Numbered from the stretch's first letter, positions 1 through 12,030 are shown. The stretch: DNA of 64,000 bases from Hemiscyllium ocellatum (GCF_020745735.1 NC_083409.1:11525052-11589051); one strand, 5' to 3'. Numbers and translations: made by a program. The notes: a model not told the origin generated them from the sequence alone.

Positions 1-263
1 TGTCACTGTACATGACACACTCCAGTCCCTGTGGTGTCCACCGCTCACTGAAGGCCTCAAGTTTCCCTCTTGCATTCCATGGCCACACGTGAAGAGCAGC
101 TGCAAGATTTAACATCGAAAAATAAAGTTCACAAACTGCACAAGCCCAGCTGAACACTACCGAGAGAGACAGAGGGAGGTCAGGGAGTGGGTGAGACTAA
201 GTAAGAGACAGAGAGAGAGAGACAGGGAGCGGTTGAGAATGATGGAGGGAAGCAGAGAGCTGA

Positions 264-302
264 GGTTTTTGTACAGCCTCTGCACTGGGAGCTCTCACTG
301 TG
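264..302 (+). other. 23-RSS of J (cluster 1)
   Basis: Nonamer GGTTTTTGT (264-272), 23-nt spacer, heptamer CACTGTG (296-302); perfect consensus. Confidence 0.97.
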
Positions 303-337
303 GCTTACGTTCAGTAAAGGAACCAAGCTCAGACTGA
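303..337 (+). pseudogene. IGKJ: Ig kappa J segment, cluster 1, probably non-functional
   Basis: Encodes LTFSKGTKLRL, with FSKG in place of the FGXG motif. The splice-donor position reads GGAAGT (338-343). Confidence 0.9.
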
Positions 338-756
338 GGAAGTAAACCTCAATCCTCTGTTATTAACCCTTTCAATCTCTAAACACAATTTATAAAACAC
401 AAATACTGAATTGTTGAAGTGTTGCAGTGAAGGAAATGTTTGATTGAGGAACACCGCGTCCCATACGGTGTACACATGTATTTCTTTAGTCCTATAACCC
501 CATTAAACAGCAAGATATAAGTCAGTAAGTTTTACTCATCGTGTGGAGGAGCTCTGTCCATTTGCAGCCTGTGGTCCCATTCCTGCAGCATGGAGTGAAT
601 TCAATGAGTAGCCTCCTGCCAGTCTCAGTGTGACGGACACGGGCAGAGTTTGATGTGAGTTCTGGCTCCCTGTCCCAGTCTCTGACCTCACTGACCTCAG
701 CAGCAGCACAGTGAGACACCGAGCTCCCACCTCCCCCAGCTTTAACTCTGCTCAAT

Positions 757-2255
757 CACATAATCACAGAATTGTCACATTGCACAAGGAGGCCATTCTG
801 CCCATCCTGTCTGGACTGGCTCTCCGAATGAGCAATTCACTGAGTGTCATTCTCCTGCCTTCTCCCTGTCACCCTGAACATTGTTGCTTTTCAAATATCA
901 GTCTCATTCCCTTCGGAATGTTTTAATTGAAGCTGCCTCCACCACACTCTCAGGCAGTGCATTCCACACCTTAACCACCCACTGGCCAAAATGTTGTTCC
1001 CCATCTCACTTTTGTGACTTTTCCCAATTGCCTTCAATCTGTGGTCTCTCGGTCTCAATCCTTTCTCTTGGGAACATTTTCTCCCTATTTACTGTATCCA
1101 GGCCCCTCCTGATTTTAATTCCTCCAACAAATCTCCTCTCAGCCTTCTCCAAAGAAGTCAGTCCCAAATTGTCCAAACTATCTTAATAACTGATGTTCCT
1201 CATCCCTGGAATGATCTTTGGGAATATTTTTGCCATTTCTACAAAATTTCACCTGCTTCCTGAATGATTTACATTATCTATGTCCCTCATGATTTTATAA
1301 ACCTCTATAAGGTCACTCCTCAGACTCTTACACTAGAGGGAAAAAAGTCTCAGCTTTTCCAGTCCCTCATAGTCATGGAGTCATACAGTGTGGAAACAGA
1401 CATTTCAGTCCAACTTGCCTGTGTTAACCAGATATCCTAAATGACCTCATCCCATTTGCCAGCATTTGGCTTACATCCCTCTAAACCCTTCCTATCCATG
1501 TTCCCATCCCAATGTGTTTTAAATGTTGTAATTTTATCCGCCTCCAACGCTTTCTCTAGCAGCTCGATCCAGACACACACCACCCTCTGTGTGACAAGTT
1601 ACCACTCAGGTCCCTTTTGAATCTTTTGCCTCTCACCTTAAACCTATGCCCTCTTGTTTTGGACTCCCGTTCCCAAGGAAAAGACCTTGGATATACACCC
1701 TGTCCATGCCCTTCATGATTTTCTGCACATCCATAAGGTCACCTCGAGGCCTTAGATGCTGCAGGGAAAATAGGCCCATTTCTTCAGCCTCTCCCGACAG
1801 CGGAAACCCTCCAATTCCTGGCCACATCCTTGTAAATCTTTTCCGCTGCCTTTTAAGTTTAACAACATCCTTCCTATCTCAGGATGATCAGAATTGTTCA
1901 CATTATTCCCAAAGTGGCCTCACCAACTGCTGTACAGCTGCAACATCATGTCCCAACTCCTTTACTCAATGCAGTGACCAATAAAAGTAAGCATACCCAA
2001 CACCTTCTTCATCTCCCTGTCTACCTGTGACTCCACTGTCAAGGAATAATGCACCTGCACCTTCACCCCTCGGTCTCTTTGTTCAGCAACACTCCGCAGG
2101 GCCCTACCATTAACCGTAAAAGTCCTGCCTTGGTTTGGCTTTGCAAAGTACAGCACTCACATTTATCTGAATTAAACTCCATCTGCCATTCCTCAGCCCA
2201 CTGGCCCAGTTGGTCAAGATCCCATTGTACTCTTAGACAGCCTTCTTCACTGGCC
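757..2255 (-). mobile_element. Adjacent decayed CR1-clade LINE 3' fragments
   Basis: Minus-strand ORFs with the CR1 ORF2 C-terminal pattern (LFSL..RLRGDL..V.KIMKG.DRV). Confidence 0.8.
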
Positions 2256-2259
2256 ACAA

Positions 2260-3400
2260 TGCCACCTGAAAATTCACCTGAACAGACTCTCACAACTCTG
2301 GCCCCTCCCTGCCTGTTACACTGCTACTACCCCAGTCTATATTCAAAAATTAAAGAACCATTTATAATGACTCTATCATGTTTGCAGATATCTGTAAATT
2401 CCTTGCATTTGTATTCCTCTGCATCCTTCCCATTGGGTGGTGACTTGTTGACTGTTCTGAGGATTCTGTGGTCCTTGGTGTTCCTCTCTGTTATTCCCTC
2501 CTGGCTCCCACAGCCCTGCCAAGTTAATTTAAACCCTCGCCAACTGCACTAGTAAATCACCCCAAAGGAACTCAGTCCCAGCTCGGTTCAGGAACAACGC
2601 TGTCTGGTCTGTCCAGGTCCCATCTCCCCCAGACCCAGTCTCAATGTCCCAAGAATCTAAAGTCCTCCAACTTGGATCCTCTTTCCAGCTTCACATTCAC
2701 CTGTGTTATCCTCCTGTTCCTATTCTCACTTGGATGGGGCACTGGGAGAAATCCGGAGATTCTAACTTTTGAGATCCCAGTGCTAATTCCCTCCAGAGCC
2801 CCCTAAATTCTGACTGCAGGACCACATCCCTTTCCTCCCTCTGTCACTGGGACCGATGTGGACCACGACTGCTGCCTGTTCCCCCTCTCCCCTCAGGGTG
2901 CTCTGCAGCCGCTCAGAGACATCCTTGACCCTGGCACCAGGGAGACAACACACCATCCTGGATTCCCATCTGCAACTGCAGAAACACCTATCGATTGCCC
3001 TCACTCTCGAATCTCCTCTCGCTCTCCCTCTTCCTTGTACCCCCTGTACAGCTGAACCCTCCACCTTGGTGCCATGGGCTTGGCTCTGGCTGCACTCCCC
3101 AGATGAACCATCATTCTCATCAGGATTCTGAACTGAATCCTGGTTGGAGAGTGCGATGCACTCAGGGGATTCCACTACTAGCTGCCTGGTCCTTTTGGAC
3201 TGTCTGCTGCTCCCCCATTCCCTCTCACCCTGCATTCGCTGAAGCTGCAGAGTGACCACATCTAGAAACGTGCTCTCCACGGAGCTCTCAGCCTCACGGA
3301 CGCTCCGCACTGACACCAGCTGCTGCTCAAGCTCCGAAACCCGGAGTTCCAACTGCTGTCACTGACCACACTTTCTGTTCTCATGGTATTCCAGGAGCTA
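2260..3400 (-). mobile_element. CR1 LINE ORF1 (SGNH esterase-type) remnant
   Basis: ORF 2783-3352: LELRVSELEQQL...GDSRVR..DRCFC...VCCLPGARVKDVSERLQ...VVVHIG. Confidence 0.85.
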
Positions 3401-3549
3401 GGAAGCATTCTGAAGTTCCCACCTAAATGCACACTCTCTTCACCCTTTGGTCATCTCTTGGCAAAGTTCTGATGACAAACAGCTCCAGCAGGGCTCACAG
3501 TCCAGTGGGTTCAGTGTTCCAGGGTTTTGGGGAAACTCTCCAGAAGACT

Positions 3550-6500
3550 TTAAGAAATAGGAGCAGAAATCAGCCATTCAGCCCATTGAATCTGCTCTGC
3601 CAGTTGATCTTGGCAGATATGCTTCTCACCCCCATTCTCTGCTTGATCCACAGGAACGTTCGATCCCCTTAACTATCACAAACTATCTATCTCTGTCTTA
3701 AATACACTCAGTGACTTGGCCTCCACTGCCCTCTGTAGCAATACATTCCACAGATTCACCACCCTCTGGCTGAAGAAATTCCTCCTCATCTCAGCTCGAA
3801 AGGGTTGGCCCTTCATACTGAGGCTGTGCCTTGGTTACCGACTCTCTCCTGTTTTTGGAAACATCTTTTTCACATCCACTCTATCCAGGTTGATCAGTAT
3901 TCAGTAAATTTCAATAAGATCCCTCCTCATCCTTCTAAACTCCATTGAGTACAGACCCAGAGTCCTCAAGCACATCTGATACGATAAGTCCTTCATCACC
4001 AAGATCATTGTTGTAAACCCCTCCAATGCCAGCCCATGGTTTCTTAGAATATGGGTCCCAAATCTGCTCACAATATTCCAAATGCAGTCTGACCAGAGCC
4101 TTACACAGCCTCAGCAGTACATCTCTGCTCTTGTATTCTGGCCCTACTGAAATGAATGCTATCATTTCATTTGCCTTCCCAAGCACAAACTGGACCTGCC
4201 TGTTAACCTGAAGGGAAACCTGAATGAGGTTCGTGCTTTAGATTTCCAAAAGCTTTTCTTATTTAGAAAATAGTCTTTGCATCTCTTCTTCCTCCCAAAG
4301 TGCACACCCTCACACTGTAACACATTGTATTCTATCTGCCACTTCTTTGCCCACTCTCCCAGCCTATCCAGGAGCTTTTACATTCTTCCCACTTCCTCAA
4401 CACTACCTGTCCCTCCACCTATCTCATGTCATCTGCAAACTTAGCAACAATGTCTTCACTTCCTTCATCCAGATTGTTAATGTATAACGTGAATAGTTAA
4501 GGTCCTAACATTGACCCCTACATGACTCTACCAGTCACCAACGGCCATTTTTCCTCACTCTCTGCTTTATGCCAACCTGCCAGTCCTTAGTCCATGCCAG
4601 TGCCTCGGCCCTCACACTGTATGCTCTTATCTAATGTCAAAGGCCTTCTAGAAATCCAAATAGATTACTTCCTTTGACTCTCCTTTGTCTGACTGGCTCA
4701 TTGCCTCCTCAAAGAATTCTAACAGATTTGCCAGGCATGACCTCCCCTTGATGAAGCCGTGTTGACTCAGCCCTAGTTTACAATTGCACCTCCAAGTCCT
4801 CTGCAATTTCATCCTTAAATTGAAGTCTAAAACCTTACCAACAACTGAGTCCAGGCTAACTGGCCTATAATTTCCCATCTTCTCCCTCCTCCCTCCCTTC
4901 TTAAACAGGGCTGTTATGTGAGCCACTTTCCAGTCCCTTGCCCCCATCAGATCCCTGTCCACCACACTGTCATACCCTGACTCCATTGATTCCTGAAAGA
5001 TCATCTCCAATACCTCCATAATTTACTCAGTGATCTCCTTCAGAACACACTCATGTAGTTCATCTAGTCTGGGTGAGTTATCCACATTCAACCTTTCAGC
5101 TTCGATTCAATTCCTCTGCTATTTCTTCACTTCCTATAATACTTTCTCCAGCCTCATTTTCCAATGTCTATTTTTGCCTTCCTCTTCCTTTTTATACATC
5201 TGATAAAACTCGTGCAATCTTCTTTTGTATTACCGGCTAACTTACCCCCACATTTCCCCTTCTCCACCTTTAATGCTTTTTTATTTATCCTCTCCAGGTT
5301 TTTAAAGGCTTCCTAACCCTCTGGCTTCCCACTTTTCTCTACCACATTGTGCATTTTTTTCTTTTGCTTTTATGCTGTCCGTGACTTCCCTCACCAGCCA
5401 TGGTTGCCTTGTCCTCCCCTTAGTATGTTTCTTCTTTTTTCGGATGAATTCCTGCTCTGCTTCCTGAATTATGCCCAGAAACCCTGCTGTTTGCTGCCCC
5501 ACCATCTTACCTGCTCGGCTCCCCTTCCAACCAACTCTGGTCAACTCCTTCCTCATGTCTTTGTTGTTCCCTTTACTCAACTGAAATACAGATCCATCTG
5601 ATTGCAGCTTCTCCCTCTCAAACTACAGGGGGAATTCTATCATATTATGATCATTTTTCCAGAAGGATACTTTCACCTTCAGCTCATTAATCAAGTTTGC
5701 CTCATTCCACATCACTGAATCCAGAACTGCCTGTTCCATAATGGCTCAACCGCAAGCTGCTCCAAAAACGATCTTGTAGACATCCATGAAATCCTTTTCT
5801 TGAGACGTGCTACCCAGTCCACCTATCCATTGAGGTCTGCCCTGACATTTTGTATACGGCTTTTCTGTCTCCTGATTGATTTCCTTCTCCACACCCTGAT
5901 TACTGCTTGGAGATCTGGACATAACTTGCATCAGATTCTTTATTTCTTGCGGTTCCTCAACTCTACCCACACACATTCTACACCTTTTGACTCTATCTCA
6001 CTTCTTGCTTTGATTTAATTTAATATCGTACTAACAAGGCAACTCTTCCCCCTCTGTCCATCTGCCTGTTCTTTTGATGGGACATATATCCTTGGATATT
6101 TAGTTCCCAGCCCGGATCCCCTTACAGCCATGTCTCTGTGATACCCACAACATCGTACCTGCCAGTTTCAATCTGCACTACCAGCTCATTGCGTATACTG
6201 TGTGCTTTTAAGTCCAACACCTTCAGTCCTGCATTGACTGCCCTCCTTCTCATCATTATCCTCTTATCTGCTGTGCTTGATGCTCGACTCTTGTTCCTTT
6301 CTGTACTCTCTCTCCTGGTATGCCTTCTAGAAACCGAATAGCCTCTCTTGAGCCCTCCTCCACTTTAACTAGTTTAAATTCCTTGGAAACTCAATTTACC
6401 TCGATTTATGGCATCACTTTGTCTGCCTTACTCAGAATGCTTCGTGCATTTAGATACAAACCCTTTAAGTTTGTTCTATTGTTCGTTTTCCCTGCACTTT

Positions 6501-6600
6501 TATGGTTCCTTTAATATTCAAAAATTCTATCCCTTCCTTTTATTTTCTGGTAACAATCAATCCCATCACTAACCAGCAATCCTACCTTCTCCTTTACCTT
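3550..6600 (-). mobile_element. Fragmented CR1 ORF2 (endonuclease/RT) and 3' ends
   Basis: ORF 4648-5019: LFKKGGR...GNYRPVSL...SQHGFIKGRSCLANLLEFFE...VIYLDF. Confidence 0.85.
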
Positions 6601-6849
6601 CCATTTTCTCATTTTCCATCCAACTGAACCAAATTCCTTTCTCTTTGGGTTGAGTTCAGGACAATATTTATCCTTGGACCAACATCATCAAAAATGCTCT
6701 TTGATCTCATTGCTTCTAGTGGGATCTTGCTGTGTAGAAATTGGCTGTCCCTTTCCTGACATTGCAACAGTGACTTGTTTTAAAACAAAATGTAAATGTC
6801 TTTGGGAGAGCCTGAGGTGTTAGGGGCTCGATTGAAATACAATTACAGT

Positions 6850-7530
6850 TATGGAGATGTACAGCAGAGAAACTGACCCTTCAGTCCAAGTCATCCATCC
6901 TGACCAGATACCCTAAATTAATCTAGTCCCATTTGCCAGCATGAGGCCCATGTCGCTCTCAACCCTTCCTATACATATACCCATCCAGATGGCTTTTTAA
7001 ATATTGTAATCATACCAGCCTCCACCACTCCCTCTGGCAGCTCATTCCAAAAATGTACCACCCTCTGCATGAAAACGTTGCACCTTAGGTCCTTTTTAAA
7101 TCTTTCCCCTGTCACCTTCAACCTATGCCCTCTAGTTCTGGACTCCCCCACTCTGAAGAAAAGATCTACTCTATTCACCGTATCTATATCCCTCATGATT
7201 TTATAAACCACTGTGTGGTCACCCCTCAGCCTCCAACAATCCAGGGAAAATAGTCTCAGTCTATTCAGCTTCCTCCGATAGCTCAAACTCTCCAACCTTG
7301 GCAACACACTTAAAAAACTTTTCTGAAGCATTTTAAGGTTCACAATATTGTTCCTACAGCAGGGAGACCAGAATTACACACCGTATTCCAAAAGTGACCA
7401 ATGTCTGGCACAACCACAACAGCTCCCAACTCCAATACTCAATGCGCTGCCCAATAAAGGAAACCATACCAAGTTACTTCGTCACTCCCCTACCTACCTG
7501 CAACTCCACTTTCACGGAACTTTTTTTTTG
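6850..7530 (-). mobile_element. CR1 LINE 3' fragment
   Basis: ORF 6969-7343: LFSLDCWRLRGD...SRTRGHRLKV...FMQRVV..WNELP. Confidence 0.85.
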
Positions 7531-7539
7531 GTTGAACTG

Positions 7540-7655
7540 GGAGTCTTTCAGATGTGAAAGGTGCCATTCCATGGCACTGTTGGATGAAGAGCAGGCAGTT
7601 CCTTCTGGTGTACCTGGTCACTATTTATCCCCCCAATAAAAATCACTAAAAATCT
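7540..7655 (+). mobile_element. Deu-domain-type SINE fragment
   Basis: tctttcagatg...ccatggcactgttggatgaagagcagg...ggtgtacctgg resembles the Deu-SINE central/3' domain; a related piece lies near 41000-41225. Confidence 0.55.
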
Positions 7656-8614
7656 ATTTCTCTGCTAATTATCATACTGTGTTTGGGATCTCACTGCACA
7701 AAGTCTGCTGGAAAGAGCCATTGGGACATCCTGAGCTGGGGACAGGTGCTACACAAATGCAGGTCTTTCTTTAAGGTTAGAGTCTCTTGATCCTGAACCT
7801 CACCCATTGTCTGCGCACTCTCACCTTCCAGGAGGCATGGGGTCATTAGGAGCAGTGACCCTGCCTGACCCCAGGTCACTGAGGCTCTTTGCAGCCTCAC
7901 CCTTGATCTCAGCCCAGTGGTGTGCAGCAAGGTTTGAAATGTATTCAAGAGCATTCTACACAGACACGCCAATGTGACTCCTTCCCGAAATGTTTGGATC
8001 CAAGTCTGCTCCAATGTTCTCGGATAAAGTTCTCCTCATCTGTGGGTAATCCGAGGTTTGTTAAAGAGGGATCGAGCTCCATCCCACTCTCCAGCTCTTG
8101 CTCCATAGCTCTGGATGTTTCGCTGTTCCAAGTGAATATCCAAGTGTTTTTTTCAATGTGATGAGGGTTTCTGCCTCTCCCACCCTTTCAGACAGTGAGT
8201 CCCAGATCCCATCAGCCTCTGGGTGAAAACAATTACTCCTCAATTCACCTCGAACCCTGTCCCCAATTCATTTCAATCTCTCCCCATGGTTATTGCCCTC
8301 TCTGCTGATGGAAATCAGTCCTTCCTACCAATTCTATCTTGGCCCTCATCATTTTACACGCCTTGATCAAATCTCCCCTCAGCCTTCTCTGTTCCAAAGA
8401 AAACAGTCCCAGCCAAACCAATCATTCCTCAAAACTAAAACTCCCCATTCCTGACAAAATCCTCCACTGTCCCCATCACTCAGGGGATCATATCCTTCCT
8501 GTAATGTGGTGACCAGAACTGTACACTGTTCTCTCACTGTGCTCTAACTGGGGTTTGATAAAGTTCCAGAATAAACAAATTTCTTGCTTTCACTCTCAAC
8601 CAAAAATGAGATAA

Positions 8615-8950
8615 GGGAGGTGATGGCCTAATAGTATTATTGCTGACCTGTTAATCCAGAGATCCAGATTAATGTTCTAGGGACCAGGGCAGAATCCTGC
8701 CACAGCAGATGGTGGAATTTGAATTCAATTTAAAAAATCTGGAATTAAGAGTCTGATGATGACCATGAAACAATTGTTGATTGTCAGGAAAAAAAGCCAT
8801 CTGATTCACTAATGTCCTTTAGGGAAGGAAACTGCCATCCTTACCATGTGACACCAGACCCACAGCAATGTGGGTGACTCTAAAATGCCCTCTGGAGATT
8901 AGGGATGGGCAATAAATGCTGCCGATCCAGCAATGCCCTCATTCCATCAA
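8615..8950 (+). mobile_element. tRNA-derived SINE (family uncertain)
   Basis: tRNA-like head and a tail ending ttagggatgggcaataaatgctg; the orthologous copy is at about 30203-30520. Confidence 0.65.
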
Positions 8951-10267
8951 GGGAAAAAGAAAAACAGTTTATCCCATGTGTCTTCTGAACCACCTCACTG
9001 ACCTGCATTCATTAATCACCATGGCCACATCTTCCACCTCCACACACATCTGACTTCCAGCCTCAAGCTGACGAGAGACATTCCTTCATTATCTGAGAAA
9101 CGGACAGAAACATAAAACACAGGAGCAGCAGTAGGCCATTCGGCCCCTCAAGCCTGCTCCACCATTCAATATGATCATGGCCGATCATCCAACACTGTCC
9201 CCTGTTCCTGCTTGCTCCCCACATTCTTTGAACTCATTAATCTTAAGAACTGTATCTAATTCCTTCTTGAACACATACCGCATCTAATTCTCTCATGCTG
9301 GTAAATTGATGAGAAGTATTGAGTTGTTTTTTGACACAATGATCCGTTGGGCCTTTTGGGTCTCTCTGACTCTGACTCTATTATTATATGTTATGAATAA
9401 CTGGGTACCAAGGACTGATCCCTGTGGTACCCCAACTGGGAAATATCTGCCATTCAGAAAAAGACTCGCTCTTCCTGTCCTGTCTGCCAACCAGTTCTCA
9501 ATCCATGTCAGTACCTGACCCCCATACTCTTGTTTGTTGGGATTTCTTTGATTCAGTTGGACACAGTTAATCCTGTCTTTGCCTTCCTCAGGTCCTGTTC
9601 AATGCCACCCCTGCATTTTCGATCCTCCTCTGGGCTTTCTGCAGATAACTCCAGATAACCAACATCACCTTCCCTGTTTGGTCTTCCCTACTCTGGCTGC
9701 CTTTTGACATCCCAGGCTGAGAGTCTAGATTTGGGAGTCCCACCCTTACTCATTGTGGGAAAAGATTCTGAACAATCTCTGTCTTTTCTTTTGAGGGATC
9801 CCACTGCCCTGACACTGATTTCACATGATGGCGTTGGTTCCAGTCCACTTTTACTAAATTATCGCACAGTTTAGTAAAATAGTTCATTCCCAAGTGAAAA
9901 CGTTAACACTTGCTGCATGGTTCTCCATTTCCATCTCTACTCTCAATCTCACTGAGTTCTGGTCACTGTCACTAAACTGCTCCCCCATTGAGAGCCCTTC
10001 CAGCTGCCCACATTCATTCCCTAAACAAGAGTCCAAACCTGTTCCTTGTCTTTCCCCATCACCTTCTCGGGGCAATTAGGGATGAGAAATAAATGCTGGC
10101 CCTGCTCGTGACACTCACTCCCAAGAAGCAATTTAAACAATACCTGTTTTTTTTGTCGGGTTTGGTAGGTATTGGATACAAATGTTCAAACATTTTACCA
10201 GTGAATGTTCTGAGAGTTGAAGTTTCTTCAAATGGCAGGGATTAAAATTGTTTCTTTTGTCTTTCAG

Positions 10268-10595
10268 GCCGTGAGAACTCTCAGCCCAAGCTGACCCTGC
10301 TGCCCCCTCCCTGGAGCAGGTCAATGCCAAGGGCACTGCCACCCTGGTGTGCCTTGCCAATCACTTCTATCCCGATGAGCTGGAGGTGCAGTGGAAGAAG
10401 GACGGTGCAGTCATTTCGGACGGGGTTCAGACCAGCAACTACCTGCGAGCTTCGGACAGCACCTACAGTGTCAGCAGCCTGCTGACCCTCTCTGGGTCTG
10501 ACTGGGAGTCCAACGCTCGCTTCTCCTGTGCCCTCACCCACGTGACCCTCCCCTCTCCCCTCAGCAAGAGCATCAGGAGATCAGAATGTGTGTAG
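10268..10595 (+). pseudogene. IGKC: Ig kappa constant exon C1 with a 1-nt frameshift
   Basis: Acceptor tttcag|GC, then RENSQPKLTLL. After a C5 run (C6 in C3) the frame resumes as CLANHFYPDELEVQWKKDG...FSCALTHVTLPSPLSKSIRRSECV*. Length 328 nt versus 329 expected. Confidence 0.95.
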
Positions 10596-11118
10596 AGTGT
10601 GTGAGACAGTCCACAGAGGAGACACAACTTTAAACAGAACAGGGCTGAGCTGGCAGGACAAAGGTCATTGTCAGCACTGAATGTCAACGCTCCTCCTTCT
10701 CAGGACTGGTCTAGGGGACACTTCTGAGGTTCAGGAGTTCAGGCAGTTCATTGGGACAGCGTAGAGAGAGTTTTATCCTATGTAAAACCTCATGCTGTCC
10801 TTGTCCTGGGAGTGTTTGACGGGTCAGGGTTGACTTGTGATGCTAAGTAAAATCTCTTGAAGATGCTGAAAAGTGCCAGCTGTACAAAACAATGTGAACC
10901 TCTGAAGTCTCTGCTTCAGTAAAACAGATCTCCTTCCTGCTCAGCCACCAGTTCCAATTTAAGGTTTTGTCACTGTTTAAAGGGACAGGATTCTCATGTT
11001 ACTGAGAAAACCTCCACAAGTGTTTTCCTCAAGCACCATTGTGGCTGTGAATTTGAGCAGCTTCCTCTGTCTGGGCTGTTAATTTTAGTGTTTATTCTCC
11101 CAAAGCCAATCAAATCAG

Positions 11119-11124
11119 ATTAAA
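11119..11124 (+). terminator. Likely poly(A) signal of C1 (ATTAAA)
   Basis: Aligns with AATAAA of C2 and C3 and is followed by a GT/T-rich tract. Confidence 0.65.
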
Positions 11125-11182
11125 GTTGAAGAAGATTCAGTCTCTGTTTCTGTGTGCTTTGGAAATGGACCACTCCCTTCAG

Positions 11183-11290
11183 CTGATTGGATGCATTTCA
11201 GCACAGCATTGTCACAATTGGCTGTTTGGTCTGTCAATCAGTAAGACTTTCATTGTAGTATGGACTGACAGCTAATCATCAATCATTTTC
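11183..11290. promoter_or_regulatory. CCAAT plus PBX/MEIS-PREP motif cluster 3' of C1
   Basis: ATTGG at 11186 and 11217; CTGTCAATCA (reverse complement TGATTGACAG) at 11231-11240; TGACAG at 11266. Confidence 0.5.
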
Positions 11291-11489
11291 AAATGATCCC
11301 TTTGATCTGGAAACTGTGGAGGTTACAAGTTTCCAAACAAAACAGAAACTGAAAGCTGTTGGGACTCTGTAATTACAATCTGAGGCATTCCCTCTTCACT
11401 CTTTTGATCCAGGTAGAGTTGCTGGGATAGTACTGTGCGCTCTCTGCTGCATGCTGGATAGTACCTGTAATGTTTTAAGGCCAGTCACT

Positions 11490-12030
11490 GAGAATGGAGG
11501 CTGTGTGTCTCTCTGAGTGTGAGTGTGTGTGTGTTTTACATAATGCTGCCTGAGGTGTCACTGTGAGTGTGGGTGTGTTATTCAGAGACATCGACATGCA
11601 GCACTGAGTAACATGTTCACACTCAGAGAGACACCTCCAGGCAGCATGGACTGTGAGCATGTTACTCAGTGCTCAGAGAGTGTGGTGGTGGAAAAGCATA
11701 GCAGGTCAGGCAACATCCGAGGAGCAGGAGAATCAATGCCTTCATCAGGAAAATTCCTTCATCAGGATGTCCAAAACGTTGATTTTGCTGCTGCTCAGAT
11801 GCTGCCTGACCTGCTGTGCTTTTCCAGTACCACACTCTCGACTCTAAGCTCCAGCATCTGCAGTCCTCACTTTTGCCTTGTTACTCAGTGCTGCCTGGCA
11901 CTCTGAGTGTGTGCGTTACTCAGTGTTGCCTGTAGATATCTCTCTGAGCGTGTGTGTTATTCTGTACTGCCTGTCAGTATCTCATTGAGTGTGAATGTGT
12001 TACTCTGTGCTGCCTGTAGGTGTCTCTGAG
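11490..12030. repeat. Degenerate minisatellite of about 37-40 bp units with an inverted unit
   Basis: Recurrent ctctgagtgtgtg..ttactcagtgctgcctg; 16-bp inverted repeat at 11600-11615 / 11658-11673. Confidence 0.7.
11674..11878. mobile_element. Head-to-head Penelope terminal-repeat fragment
   Basis: Two inverted copies of gatgctgcctgacctgctgtgcttttccag, flanked by the 14-bp direct repeat tgttactcagtgct. Confidence 0.75.

Larger units (their letters stand above)
1..11585 (+). repeat. Cluster 1 copy of the duplicated V-J-C unit, homologous to about 21641-33290
   Basis: Colinear similarity in the V-J spacer, J, J-C intron (same old CR1 relics in the same order), C and 3' flank. Confidence 0.9.

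Noticed and set aside
522-755. Minus-strand ORFs (MSRVKAGGGG...) repeated at 22254-22466 as a small gene
   Set aside because: No recognisable domain or splice structure; the frame ends differ between copies and the poly-Ala comes from the CAG tract.
9884-10075. Conserved pre-C segment as a novel enhancer core
   Set aside because: It translates as a CR1 ORF2 relic (GEQFSDSDQNSVR), so sharing reflects an insertion older than the duplications.
11559-11565. CACTGTG downstream of C1 as a kappa-deleting-element RSS
   Set aside because: No acceptable nonamer at either spacing; it lies in a minisatellite and is not present in cluster 2.
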